Positions 10,589-19,212 of a DNA stretch of 64,000 nt are shown here, in pieces. The notes beneath the pieces were generated by a model. It had not been told where the DNA came from and did not search any database. It saw nothing but the letters and a program-made list of their open reading frames with translations. Source of the DNA: an uncultured Calditrichaceae bacterium (lineage in GTDB: Bacteria; Zhuqueibacterota; Zhuqueibacteria; Oceanimicrobiales; Oceanimicrobiaceae); the NCBI GenBank assembly GCA_964455375.1, contig CAYVXE010000001.1, forward strand, positions 8,201 through 72,200, read 5' to 3'. Both the position numbers and the translations under genes were made by a program. Every line of letters begins with the position of its first letter. The first letter of the stretch is position 1.

Positions 10589-11117
10589 TATGTTGTGCCA
10601 GTTGTGTAAAAAAAATTCAGCGACTGTAAAGATTTCATATATGATTGCAGATACCAAAAATGAAATCAGTATTTGTAAACAATGTGCCGAGAACAAAGGT
10701 ATCGATAATCCGGCAAACACATTACCAAAAATATTTGATAATTTTCTTGTGGAAATCCTTGGTCAGCAGCCAATCAGTAATTCCAAGTCGTCAAAGGAAA
10801 AAGGATGCACTGTTTGTGGTACGACGTGGGAATCTTTTCATCAAACGGGAATGTTTGGGTGTGAAAATTGCTACTCTATTTTCACGAAGGAATTGGATGT
10901 TCTCTTAAGACGTATTCATGGAAGCAACAAACACATTGGCAGCCGACCGCAATCGCAGCGCAGCAAAATCGATGCGTCTGAATTAAAGCAAATGCAAATG
11001 GAACTTCAGGAAGCGATTAAAAGTGAAAAGTTTGAGTTAGCAGCGGAATTACGAGATGTGATAAAAGACGCGCAGCGCGAGTTAAAGAAAAAAGAAAATG
11101 ATGGAATTTTACGATGA
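10581..11117 (+). CDS. mcsA: McsA-like activator of protein-arginine kinase, with Cys-rich zinc fingers and a UVR motif
   Basis: Three CxxC pairs (CQLCKK, CKQCAE, CTVCG...CENC) and a C-terminal UvrB/UvrC motif, ELAAELRDVIKDAQRELKK. It lies immediately upstream of mcsB. Confidence 0.7.
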   Translation: MCNMLCQLCKKNSATVKISYMIADTKNEISICKQCAENKGIDNPANTLPKIFDNFLVEILGQQPISNSKSSKEKGCTVCGTTWESFHQTGMFGCENCYSIFTKELDVLLRRIHGSNKHIGSRPQSQRSKIDASELKQMQMELQEAIKSEKFELAAELRDVIKDAQRELKKKENDGILR

Positions 11118-12223
11118 ATGGAAGAAAAACCCGGAAGCTGAAAGATTATACAGGCTCTTCGACTGATGTTTCCAAAACCATGAGTGAGTTGCTCTGGAAT
11201 TTTGGCGGCTGGCTTACGGATGAAGATGAATATTCCGATATCATTGTTTCCTCGCGCATTCGTCTGGCGAGAAATCTTAAAGGATTTCCCTTTCCTGCTA
11301 AGGCCTCAAAAAGAGATCTGTCATATCTTCTGACACAGGTTGAATCCGCATGCGAAAAATGTCCGAGTATGAAAAACGCAAATTTCATAAATATCAATAC
11401 ATTAGATGAATGGGATTGCCGGTATTTTGTTGAACGCCGGTTGGCCAGTCCGCAGTTTATCGAAAGTAATAATCCTTCGTTACTGGTCATTGGCCCCCGC
11501 GAAAATCTCAGCATCATGGTGAACGAGGAAGATCATCTGCGAATTCAGTGTATTGAGGCAGGGCTCGGTATCAAAGAGGCCTGGAAGAAAATAAGTACTA
11601 TCGATGATGAGTTGGAAGGGTTCTTGAATTTTAGCTATTCAAATCAGTATGGGTATTTAACCTCATGTCCAACCAATCTGGGAACTGGTTTACGAGTTTC
11701 GTTCTCGGTTCATTTGCCGGCCCTTTCCATGACGAAACAAATAAATTCGATTATTAAAAAATTACCGACCTCTGAAATCGCTGTTCGCGGTTTTTACGGT
11801 GAGGGCTCTGAACCCATCGGGAACATTTTTCAGATTTCGAATCAATTGACTCTGGGCAGGACTGAAACAAATATTATTGACAGGATGTTGTCCGTTGCTA
11901 TTAAGTTAATTGAGATGGAACGAAAAGAGAGAAAGAAATTATTAAATGAGCACCCGGCACGATTGGAAGATGCTGTTTTTCGGTCCATGGGAGTCCTGAA
12001 AAATGCCAGAATTATAAGCTCTATGGAAGCCCTGGATTTGCTTTCTTCTTTGCGTCTGGGGTGTGAGATGGGTTTGATTGAGGAAATAAACTCACTTGCA
12101 ATCAATCAATTGATGGTTTTAGTACAACCTGCTCATTTACAAAAAATATATAGGAAAGACTTAACCCCGGAAGAGCGGGATATTATGCGCGCAGATTTTA
12201 TCCGTCAGAATTTATATGCTTAA
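11114..12223 (+). CDS. mcsB: Protein-arginine kinase (ATP:guanido phosphotransferase family)
   Basis: The phosphagen-kinase active-site signature CPTNLGTGLR is present, and the length is about 370 aa. Confidence 0.8.
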   Translation: MNGRKTRKLKDYTGSSTDVSKTMSELLWNFGGWLTDEDEYSDIIVSSRIRLARNLKGFPFPAKASKRDLSYLLTQVESACEKCPSMKNANFININTLDEWDCRYFVERRLASPQFIESNNPSLLVIGPRENLSIMVNEEDHLRIQCIEAGLGIKEAWKKISTIDDELEGFLNFSYSNQYGYLTSCPTNLGTGLRVSFSVHLPALSMTKQINSIIKKLPTSEIAVRGFYGEGSEPIGNIFQISNQLTLGRTETNIIDRMLSVAIKLIEMERKERKKLLNEHPARLEDAVFRSMGVLKNARIISSMEALDLLSSLRLGCEMGLIEEINSLAINQLMVLVQPAHLQKIYRKDLTPEERDIMRADFIRQNLYA

Positions 12224-12300
12224 AACAGGGAAGACTTTAGGTGAACGAGTTGTTGATAGTGTGGGATGGATTAACATTTTAACGAAATGGAGTTAAACAA

Positions 12301-14793
12301 ATGAAAAATAATTTTTCCAGTCGGGTCCAAATGGTCATTCAGTTCTCAAGGGAGGAGGCGCTGCGATTGGGCCATGATTATATCGGAACAGAGCATTTAC
12401 TATTAGGCTTGATTCGCGAAGGCGAAGGGATCGCGGTAGAAATACTCCGTAATCTCGGATGCGATCTTGACGAGATTAAAAGATCCGTTGAAGATTCCGT
12501 GAAACCTTCCGGCGAAACCATGACGATTGGAAATATTCCATTTACGAAAAGGGCTGAAAAAATTCTCAAAATGGCCTACGTTGAGGCGGAAAAATATAAA
12601 TCTGATATCATCGGAACCGAACATTTGCTCCTTGCCCTTGTTAAGGAAAAAGATGGCGTTGCTGCTCAGGTTCTATTGAGTTTTGATGTCACCTACGAGA
12701 CCGTGCGGGAAGAGCTGGAGAATATCCTTCGGGGTGCTCCAACAGGACGGGAAGCAGCATCCCAGCAAAAAACCAAGACGCCGGCTTTGGATCATTTTGG
12801 ACGGGATTTAACCGAACTTGCCAGAAAAAATGAATTAGATCCTATCATAGGCCGTGATATGGAAATTCAGCGTGTTGCCCAAATTCTTAGCCGGAGAAAG
12901 AAAAATAATCCCGTTCTTATCGGCGAACCCGGTGTCGGGAAAACGGCAATTGCTGAAGGATTGGCGCTGCGCATTGTTGAACGGAAAGTCCCGAGAATAT
13001 TGCATAACAAGCGTGTTGTTACGTTGGATCTTGGAGCCATTGTCGCCGGGACAAAATACCGTGGTCAATTCGAAGAAAGAATGAAAGCGATCATGAATGA
13101 GTTGCAGCGGGCGAGGGATGTCATTTTGTTTATTGACGAGTTGCATACGATTGTTGGCGCTGGTGGTGCCTCGGGCTCATTGGATGCATCGAACATGTTT
13201 AAGCCCGCCCTGGCGCGTGGTGAACTCCAATGTATCGGTGCTACAACGTTGGATGAATATCGACAATACATAGAAAAGGATGGTGCTCTGGAAAGGCGTT
13301 TTCAAAAAATCATGGTTGACCCGCCCACTGCAGAAGAAACACTGCTGATTTTGGAAGGCCTTAAAGAAAGGTATGAACAGCATCATAAAGTGAAATTTTC
13401 GGACGAAGCCATTAGGGCTACAGTCAAGTTTTCTGAACGCTATATTTCCGACCGTTACCTCCCGGACAAAGCAATTGATGTTCTCGATGAAACCGGAGCC
13501 AGAGTACATCTGGCAAATATTGTGGTGCCTAAGGAAATTACGGAGTTGGAGGAACAGATTAAATCGGTTCGCCATGAAAAAGATTCGGTGATAAAGGCAC
13601 AGGAATTTGAACGGGCGGCTGTCTTACGGGATCAGGAAAAGCGGTTGAATCGCAAACTTGAAACCGCAAAGCGCCGTTGGAAGGATACGGAAGATGATTT
13701 TTTAGCAACGGTAACAGAAGAGGATATCGCCGATGTTGTCGCCATGATTACGGGAATTCCGGTGCAGCGGGTGGCAAAATCGGAATCAGAAAAAATTCTG
13801 GCAATGGAAGACGAGCTGAAAAAACATATCATCGGTCAGGAGGATGCATTGCATCTTCTGAGTAAAGCCATTCGCCGCACAAGAGCGGGCTTGAAAGATC
13901 CCAATCGCCCTATCGGTTCCTTTGTTTTTCTTGGCCCTACTGGAGTTGGAAAAACGCAATTGGCAAAGGAACTGGCGAGTTACCTGTTTGAGGATGAAGA
14001 TGCCTTAATCCGAATTGATATGTCCGAATTCATGGAGAAATTTTCCGTGTCGCGTCTGACCGGTGCTCCTCCGGGATATGTGGGTTATGAAGAGGGCGGA
14101 CAGTTAACCGAAAAAGTCCGGCGTCACCCGTATTCCGTTGTTTTATTTGATGAAATTGAAAAAGCTCATCCGGATGTTTTTAATATTCTTCTGCAGATTC
14201 TTGACGATGGACAGTTAACAGACGGCCTGGGACGAAAGGTTGATTTTAGAAATACCATTCTTATCATGACCTCAAACATTGGTGCCAGAGAAATTAAGCG
14301 GGGCGGTGGAATCGGTTTTTCTTTGGATAGCGATGAGGTGGACTATGACAATATGAGCCATAAAATTATGGATGAGATGAAGAAAATATTTAATCCCGAG
14401 TTTATCAACCGCGTTGATGAAATCGTGGTTTTTCATTCTTTGACAAAAGCCCATATGCTGAAAATAGTCGATATTGTTATTGAAGAGATGCTTCACAAAG
14501 TGCAGGATCGTGAAATCTTGATTCAATTGTCCAAAGGCGCCAAGGAATTCGTAGCGGAAAATGGTTTCGATCCGGTATACGGCGCACGTCCTTTAAGACG
14601 TACAATTCAAAAATTCATTGAGGATCCTATCGCAGAAGAGCTTTTGCGCGGTAAGTTTGCAGATGGCAGTCAAATATCCGTTAAGAAAAAGGGGGATAAA
14701 TTGGAGTTTGTCGAAACAAGCCGCAAAAAAATTGTATCTGATAAAAATAATAAAAGTATACAAAAGTCGAAAACGGAAGAAGTTGAAAAATAA
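12301..14793 (+). CDS. clpC: ATP-dependent Clp protease ATP-binding subunit ClpC
   Basis: Two Clp_N repeats (GTEHLLLGL and GTEHLLLAL), two AAA+ modules (GEPGVGKTA and GPTGVGKT), a short middle domain with a UVR-like motif, and a total length of 830 aa. Confidence 0.9.
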   Translation: MKNNFSSRVQMVIQFSREEALRLGHDYIGTEHLLLGLIREGEGIAVEILRNLGCDLDEIKRSVEDSVKPSGETMTIGNIPFTKRAEKILKMAYVEAEKYKSDIIGTEHLLLALVKEKDGVAAQVLLSFDVTYETVREELENILRGAPTGREAASQQKTKTPALDHFGRDLTELARKNELDPIIGRDMEIQRVAQILSRRKKNNPVLIGEPGVGKTAIAEGLALRIVERKVPRILHNKRVVTLDLGAIVAGTKYRGQFEERMKAIMNELQRARDVILFIDELHTIVGAGGASGSLDASNMFKPALARGELQCIGATTLDEYRQYIEKDGALERRFQKIMVDPPTAEETLLILEGLKERYEQHHKVKFSDEAIRATVKFSERYISDRYLPDKAIDVLDETGARVHLANIVVPKEITELEEQIKSVRHEKDSVIKAQEFERAAVLRDQEKRLNRKLETAKRRWKDTEDDFLATVTEEDIADVVAMITGIPVQRVAKSESEKILAMEDELKKHIIGQEDALHLLSKAIRRTRAGLKDPNRPIGSFVFLGPTGVGKTQLAKELASYLFEDEDALIRIDMSEFMEKFSVSRLTGAPPGYVGYEEGGQLTEKVRRHPYSVVLFDEIEKAHPDVFNILLQILDDGQLTDGLGRKVDFRNTILIMTSNIGAREIKRGGGIGFSLDSDEVDYDNMSHKIMDEMKKIFNPEFINRVDEIVVFHSLTKAHMLKIVDIVIEEMLHKVQDREILIQLSKGAKEFVAENGFDPVYGARPLRRTIQKFIEDPIAEELLRGKFADGSQISVKKKGDKLEFVETSRKKIVSDKNNKSIQKSKTEEVEK

Positions 14794-14818
14794 CCAGTAA
14801 TTTAGTAAAAGTAAAAAT

Positions 14819-14846
14819 ATGCCCGAAATCCTCATTTTTCGGGCAT
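14819..14846. terminator. A 10-bp perfect hairpin, ATGCCCGAAA...TTTCGGGCAT, downstream of clpC. It may act as a terminator.
   Basis: The inverted repeat was read directly. No clean U-tract follows it on the + strand. An AT-rich tract follows it on the minus strand. Confidence 0.35.
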
Positions 14847-14992
14847 GTTACCCACAGGGAGGTAGGCGCGTCTCCTCAAGAAAAATTAATAAAAATCTGC
14901 TTGATTTGGTGGTTTGTCATCTTTATATTGAGACATTCACACTCTTTTTGTGATTCATGTAACTGATTATTCTTAATTACCTTAGGAATACT

Positions 14993-16147
14993 ATGCTGGT
15001 TTCTAAAGCAGTCATTAAAGCATTCAGGTCTATTTACGATTTCAAGATGCCTATCGACGCCAAAATAACTGTGTTAATCGGAGCAAATGAAAGTGGAAAA
15101 ACGAACACGTTGCGTGCAATCGATTCATTCAGGCCGGGACGTCCTTACTCGAGCAGCTTGACCTGCCAGTATTCCGATTATTATCATCAGGGGAAATGCC
15201 CGGAAGTAAGTTTAGAATTTACCAGTCTTTCAAGGGAAAATCGCAGAGCGTTGCTGCCATTGCATGAAGGATTTAAAGATGCAGAAACATTCATTGTGAT
15301 GAAAACCGGCGCTGAACTCAGCGATTACCATATCTATATTCGCAATGAAGAAGTACAGGTGAAGGATACGAAAAAGCTTTTGGATATACTCCCGAAGATT
15401 CTTTATTTTGATAACATTTCATTAATTAAAAGCAGAGTTGAGCTGGATACGTTGTTAAATGGGGATAAAAATTATTTAACTGAAAGGAACCTGTTAAAAA
15501 TTGGTGGCCTGCAAAATAATTATGAATTGATATTTGAGGATTCCACCCGAGGGCGCCGGGCGAGTGAAGAAGCCAGTCGCTTAATTACGCAGCAGATACG
15601 ACGTGTCTGGTCGCAGGAACCTACTATCGAAATTAAGTTGAATGTTAATGGCAAAGTGCTCTATATTGATGTTTCCGACGGAACCACTGTTTACGACACA
15701 CCGGAATCACGCAGTCTCGGGTTTCGCTGGTATCTATCCTTTTATATCAATTTTATTTCTCAAACATTTGAAGCAAAAGCGAACGAGTTTATTTTCCTGC
15801 TGGATGAACCGGGAATTCATTTGCATCCCGCCGGAATGAAAGACCTCACGAAAGTTATGGAAGACCTGGCGGTCAAGAACCAACTTCTCTACACCACGCA
15901 TTCACCTTTTATGATAAACCGTGAGTACCCCCAGCGTGTTCGACTGGTGAGCAAAGGACGTGAAGGAACTAAAATTGATTCACAGGCTTACCGGGATAAT
16001 TGGCGGCCACTTCGCCGTTCCATCGGTCTTATGATCGGTGATCTTTTTTTCTTCAATGACAGCAGCCTCATCGTCGAGGTACCATCCAAAAAAATTCCTT
16101 TTATGAAACGGTTGCAGATTTTTAAATCTGACGCTAGTAAAAATTAG
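14993..16147 (+). CDS. OLD-family / AAA_21-type ABC ATPase that lacks the usual C-terminal Toprim nuclease domain
   Basis: Walker A motif GANESGKTN, the ABC-signature-like SLGFRWYLSFY, Walker B motif IFLLDEPGIHLHP, and the H-loop TTHSPFMI. The ORF ends ...SSLIVEVPSKK..., about where OLD-family proteins begin their Toprim domain (LVEGxTE). Confidence 0.7.
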   Translation: MLVSKAVIKAFRSIYDFKMPIDAKITVLIGANESGKTNTLRAIDSFRPGRPYSSSLTCQYSDYYHQGKCPEVSLEFTSLSRENRRALLPLHEGFKDAETFIVMKTGAELSDYHIYIRNEEVQVKDTKKLLDILPKILYFDNISLIKSRVELDTLLNGDKNYLTERNLLKIGGLQNNYELIFEDSTRGRRASEEASRLITQQIRRVWSQEPTIEIKLNVNGKVLYIDVSDGTTVYDTPESRSLGFRWYLSFYINFISQTFEAKANEFIFLLDEPGIHLHPAGMKDLTKVMEDLAVKNQLLYTTHSPFMINREYPQRVRLVSKGREGTKIDSQAYRDNWRPLRRSIGLMIGDLFFFNDSSLIVEVPSKKIPFMKRLQIFKSDASKN

Positions 16148-16150
16148 ATA

Positions 16151-17122
16151 ATGACTCCCCAAAGAAAATCCATTTGTGACGTGCCCGGCTTAAACGTCGG
16201 TCATGCGCAAAACGATGTTGCAAAAACCGGTTGTACGGTCATTCTACCAGAAAACGGCGCTGTGGGGGGCGTTGATATACGTGGTTCTGCTCCCGGTACG
16301 AGAGAGATAGAAAGTTTGCATCCTGTTCGCCTTGTACCAAAGTTGAATGCGATTTTGTTAACCGGGGGAAGTGCCTTCGGATTGGACGCTTCCAGCGGTG
16401 TGCAGCAATTTTTGGAGGAAAAGGGAATTGGTTTTGATGTTGGGGTGACTAAAATTCCCATCGTACCAGCTGCTGTGATCTTTGATCTTCGGGAAGGCGA
16501 CTATCGGATTCGGCCTGATAAAGAGATGGGTTATGCAGCGGCATCGCGGGCTGCTAAAAGCCACCCTGAAGAAGGGCGAGTCGGCGCCGGCAGAGGGGCG
16601 ACTGTAGGAAAAATCCTCGGGCAGGAATACTGCATGAAAGGTGGAATCGGGACCTGGAGTGAAAAAGTAGGCGATATTACTTTGGGAGCTTTGGTCGTTG
16701 TTAATGCTTTGGGGGATATTTTTCAGCCAATGACAAATACCAAATTGGCCGGTGCAGTGAATCCAAAAACCGGAAAATTTTACGATACCATGCAGCATTT
16801 GCGCAAAAATCCCCCGAAATCTTTCGACCCATCCACCAATACTACGTTGGCCGTCGTTGCCACCGATGCCCAACTCACAAAAGAACAAACCATTAAACTT
16901 GCTCAAATGGCACAGGACGGATTGAGCAGAACCATCAAACCCGCGCATACGCCGTTCGATGGGGATATCGTTTTTGCGCTCTCTGTTGGTGATAAAGATG
17001 ATGTAAATATTACTGCTCTGGGGGCCATTGCAGCAGAGTTGGTTGCCGAGTCTATTGTTAGAGCGGTGAAAATAGCCAACGGGATGGTGAAAAAGTCTGA
17101 ATTAAATGAATCTTCATGCTGA
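16151..17122 (+). CDS. P1-family (MEROPS S58, DmpA/OAT-like) self-processing peptidase/aminopeptidase
   Basis: Recognised as P1 family from the autoproteolytic-site-like motif GTNTTLAVVATDA and a Gly-rich alpha/beta fold. It starts 4 nt after the ATPase stop. Confidence 0.75.
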   Translation: MTPQRKSICDVPGLNVGHAQNDVAKTGCTVILPENGAVGGVDIRGSAPGTREIESLHPVRLVPKLNAILLTGGSAFGLDASSGVQQFLEEKGIGFDVGVTKIPIVPAAVIFDLREGDYRIRPDKEMGYAAASRAAKSHPEEGRVGAGRGATVGKILGQEYCMKGGIGTWSEKVGDITLGALVVVNALGDIFQPMTNTKLAGAVNPKTGKFYDTMQHLRKNPPKSFDPSTNTTLAVVATDAQLTKEQTIKLAQMAQDGLSRTIKPAHTPFDGDIVFALSVGDKDDVNITALGAIAAELVAESIVRAVKIANGMVKKSELNESSC

Positions 17123-17262
17123 GTGTTGTCGCAACATGAGTGAAAAACAGCGGGTTGCAGCCTTCGACTCCGTTCGGGCTAAAGCTGGTAACTGTTTTTT
17201 CCCCGGTCTCAACAGACTGTTGACGGATGCAACTGCCGTGACGTTTCTTTAGTGTAAAATGT

Positions 17263-19212
17263 TTATTCTAATTTTTTCCCAAAGATTTTGATAATTCCCA
17301 CAAGAAGAACCGTTCCAAGTATAATTGAGAAGAGTGTATTCATTCCCCAACCTACGGGCAGGTAGGCCACGACCATTGCAATAAGTCCTACAGTGACAGC
17401 ATAAGGTAGTTGTGTCTTCACATGATCGATATGGTCAGCGGCTGACGCCATGGAAGAAAGGATGGTTGTGTCTGAAATTGGTGAGCAATGATCGCCGAAA
17501 ACCGAGCCTGAGAGAACAGCACCTATGGTACCCAGTAAAATATGATGACTCAGAGCTGCACTCATACCGGCTTCTATAGGAAATTTATATCCCATAGGAA
17601 TAACGATAGGGGTGAGAATTGCCATGGTTGCCCAGGATGCACCTGTAGAGAAACTGATGATTGCGGCAACGGCAAACGTCACCAGAGGCACTAAATGAGC
17701 TGATAAAATCCCTTTACTCAGATGGATGACATAATCAGCGGTATGCAAATCTTTACAAATATCGCCAATCGCCCAGGCTAAAATTAAAATCATAGCGGCT
17801 AAAATCATGGATTTGTAACCGTTAATTGCCGATTCGATAATTTGTTGTAAAGACAGAATTTTCTGCCCGATTGCCAAAAGTGCTGCAAGGAAAAGTCCGG
17901 TGAAGGATGCCCACATGAGAACATGGAAGGAATTAGCGGCACCAAAAATAGTTCCGAAATGGACATTTTGTGCTGTTGCTCCCAGGGCAGATTTTCCGCT
18001 GAAATACAAGCCGAAAATGGTCACAAGAATGACAATGCTGATGGGTATGAGAGCATTGTACCACTTTAACGGTGTCCCTTCGTCGGCAATCATATCCAGG
18101 GTTGAACTGTCGGCGATAGGCCGGGCACCATCTCGTAAAACCTTCCCTGTGAGTGCTGCTCGTTTTTCCGCGGCCAGCATGGGACCGAAATCCATCAACA
18201 GAATGCCGATGACAAAAACAAAAATAAGCGCTAATATGCTATATGTTGAATAGGGAATCGACTCGATAAATGTTTTGTAAGGGCTTAATGTCAGTCCTAT
18301 GGTTTTAAAGGCCTGATCGATTAATCCTACCTCGAATCCAATCCAGGTAGATATGATCGCAATGGATGCAACCGGTGCGGCTGTGGAATCCACGATATAG
18401 GACAATTTTTCCCGGGAAATTTTTAGTTTGTCGGTAAAAGGTCGCAGCGTGTTTCCCACAATCAGTGTGTTTGCATAGTCATCGAAAAAGATAAAAATGC
18501 CCATTGCCCACGTTGCCAGAATGCCGCCTCTGCGGTGGTTGGCGTGTTTGGATAATTTTTCTACAATCCCCTGAGTTCCTCCGGCTTTTGATATAATGCC
18601 CACCATACCGCCTAGCGTCATACTGAAGATGAGAATTGCGGCATGGTCGGGATCGGCCAGAGAATGAATCAAATAGGAATCGATTGTCTTCATGAATCCA
18701 ATGAACGGATTGTAATCATAAACGAAAATTGCACCTAACCAGATTCCGCAGAATAGGGAGATCAGTACCTGGCGGGCCATGAACGCCAATAGAATGGTCA
18801 CTAATGGCGGTAATAAGCTTAAGAGACCTGGGATAACCCTTATAGTTGTATCTGCAATCAACCCGTCAGATTGAATGGTAATGAGATGTTGTCCGGCTCC
18901 CTCTACACGAACGTCTTTCATTGAAATGGTTCCGTTGTGAAGCACGAGGCGATGCAGATCGGGAATGCCGCTCACGTGCAAGGTGTCTGTGGCGGTGTTA
19001 ACCAGGATACCGTTTTTGTTCAGAGCATCCACCCGCAGTTCGAAATCGACGCCATTTAGAATCAGATTCGGAGTGGTTATTTTTAGTTTGACAACATTAT
19101 CGGTCGGCGTTTGAGTTGTTGTGGCTGGTTGCTCGGCATTTGATTGAGCAAAGGAATTTGTCGGCAACAGATAAAACCATAAAAGTGTGATCAGAAGTGA
19201 GAATGATTTCAT
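17263..19212 (-). CDS. nhaC: NhaC-family Na+/H+ antiporter, with an N-terminal signal peptide and an extracytoplasmic beta-rich domain of about 120 aa
   Basis: A signal peptide is followed by a T/N-rich beta domain and then 11-12 TM helices of NhaC type (ANTLIVGNTLRPFTDKLKISREKL...). Confidence 0.8.
   Translation of the reverse strand: MKSFSLLITLLWFYLLPTNSFAQSNAEQPATTTQTPTDNVVKLKITTPNLILNGVDFELRVDALNKNGILVNTATDTLHVSGIPDLHRLVLHNGTISMKDVRVEGAGQHLITIQSDGLIADTTIRVIPGLLSLLPPLVTILLAFMARQVLISLFCGIWLGAIFVYDYNPFIGFMKTIDSYLIHSLADPDHAAILIFSMTLGGMVGIISKAGGTQGIVEKLSKHANHRRGGILATWAMGIFIFFDDYANTLIVGNTLRPFTDKLKISREKLSYIVDSTAAPVASIAIISTWIGFEVGLIDQAFKTIGLTLSPYKTFIESIPYSTYSILALIFVFVIGILLMDFGPMLAAEKRAALTGKVLRDGARPIADSSTLDMIADEGTPLKWYNALIPISIVILVTIFGLYFSGKSALGATAQNVHFGTIFGAANSFHVLMWASFTGLFLAALLAIGQKILSLQQIIESAINGYKSMILAAMILILAWAIGDICKDLHTADYVIHLSKGILSAHLVPLVTFAVAAIISFSTGASWATMAILTPIVIPMGYKFPIEAGMSAALSHHILLGTIGAVLSGSVFGDHCSPISDTTILSSMASAADHIDHVKTQLPYAVTVGLIAMVVAYLPVGWGMNTLFSIILGTVLLVGIIKIFGKKLE

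Noticed and set aside
17123-17262. The convergent gap between the P1 peptidase and nhaC, with the short inverted repeat CAACAGaCTGTTG
   Set aside because: The hairpin has a 1-nt loop and no flanking U-tract. That is not enough to call a bidirectional terminator or an RNA gene.
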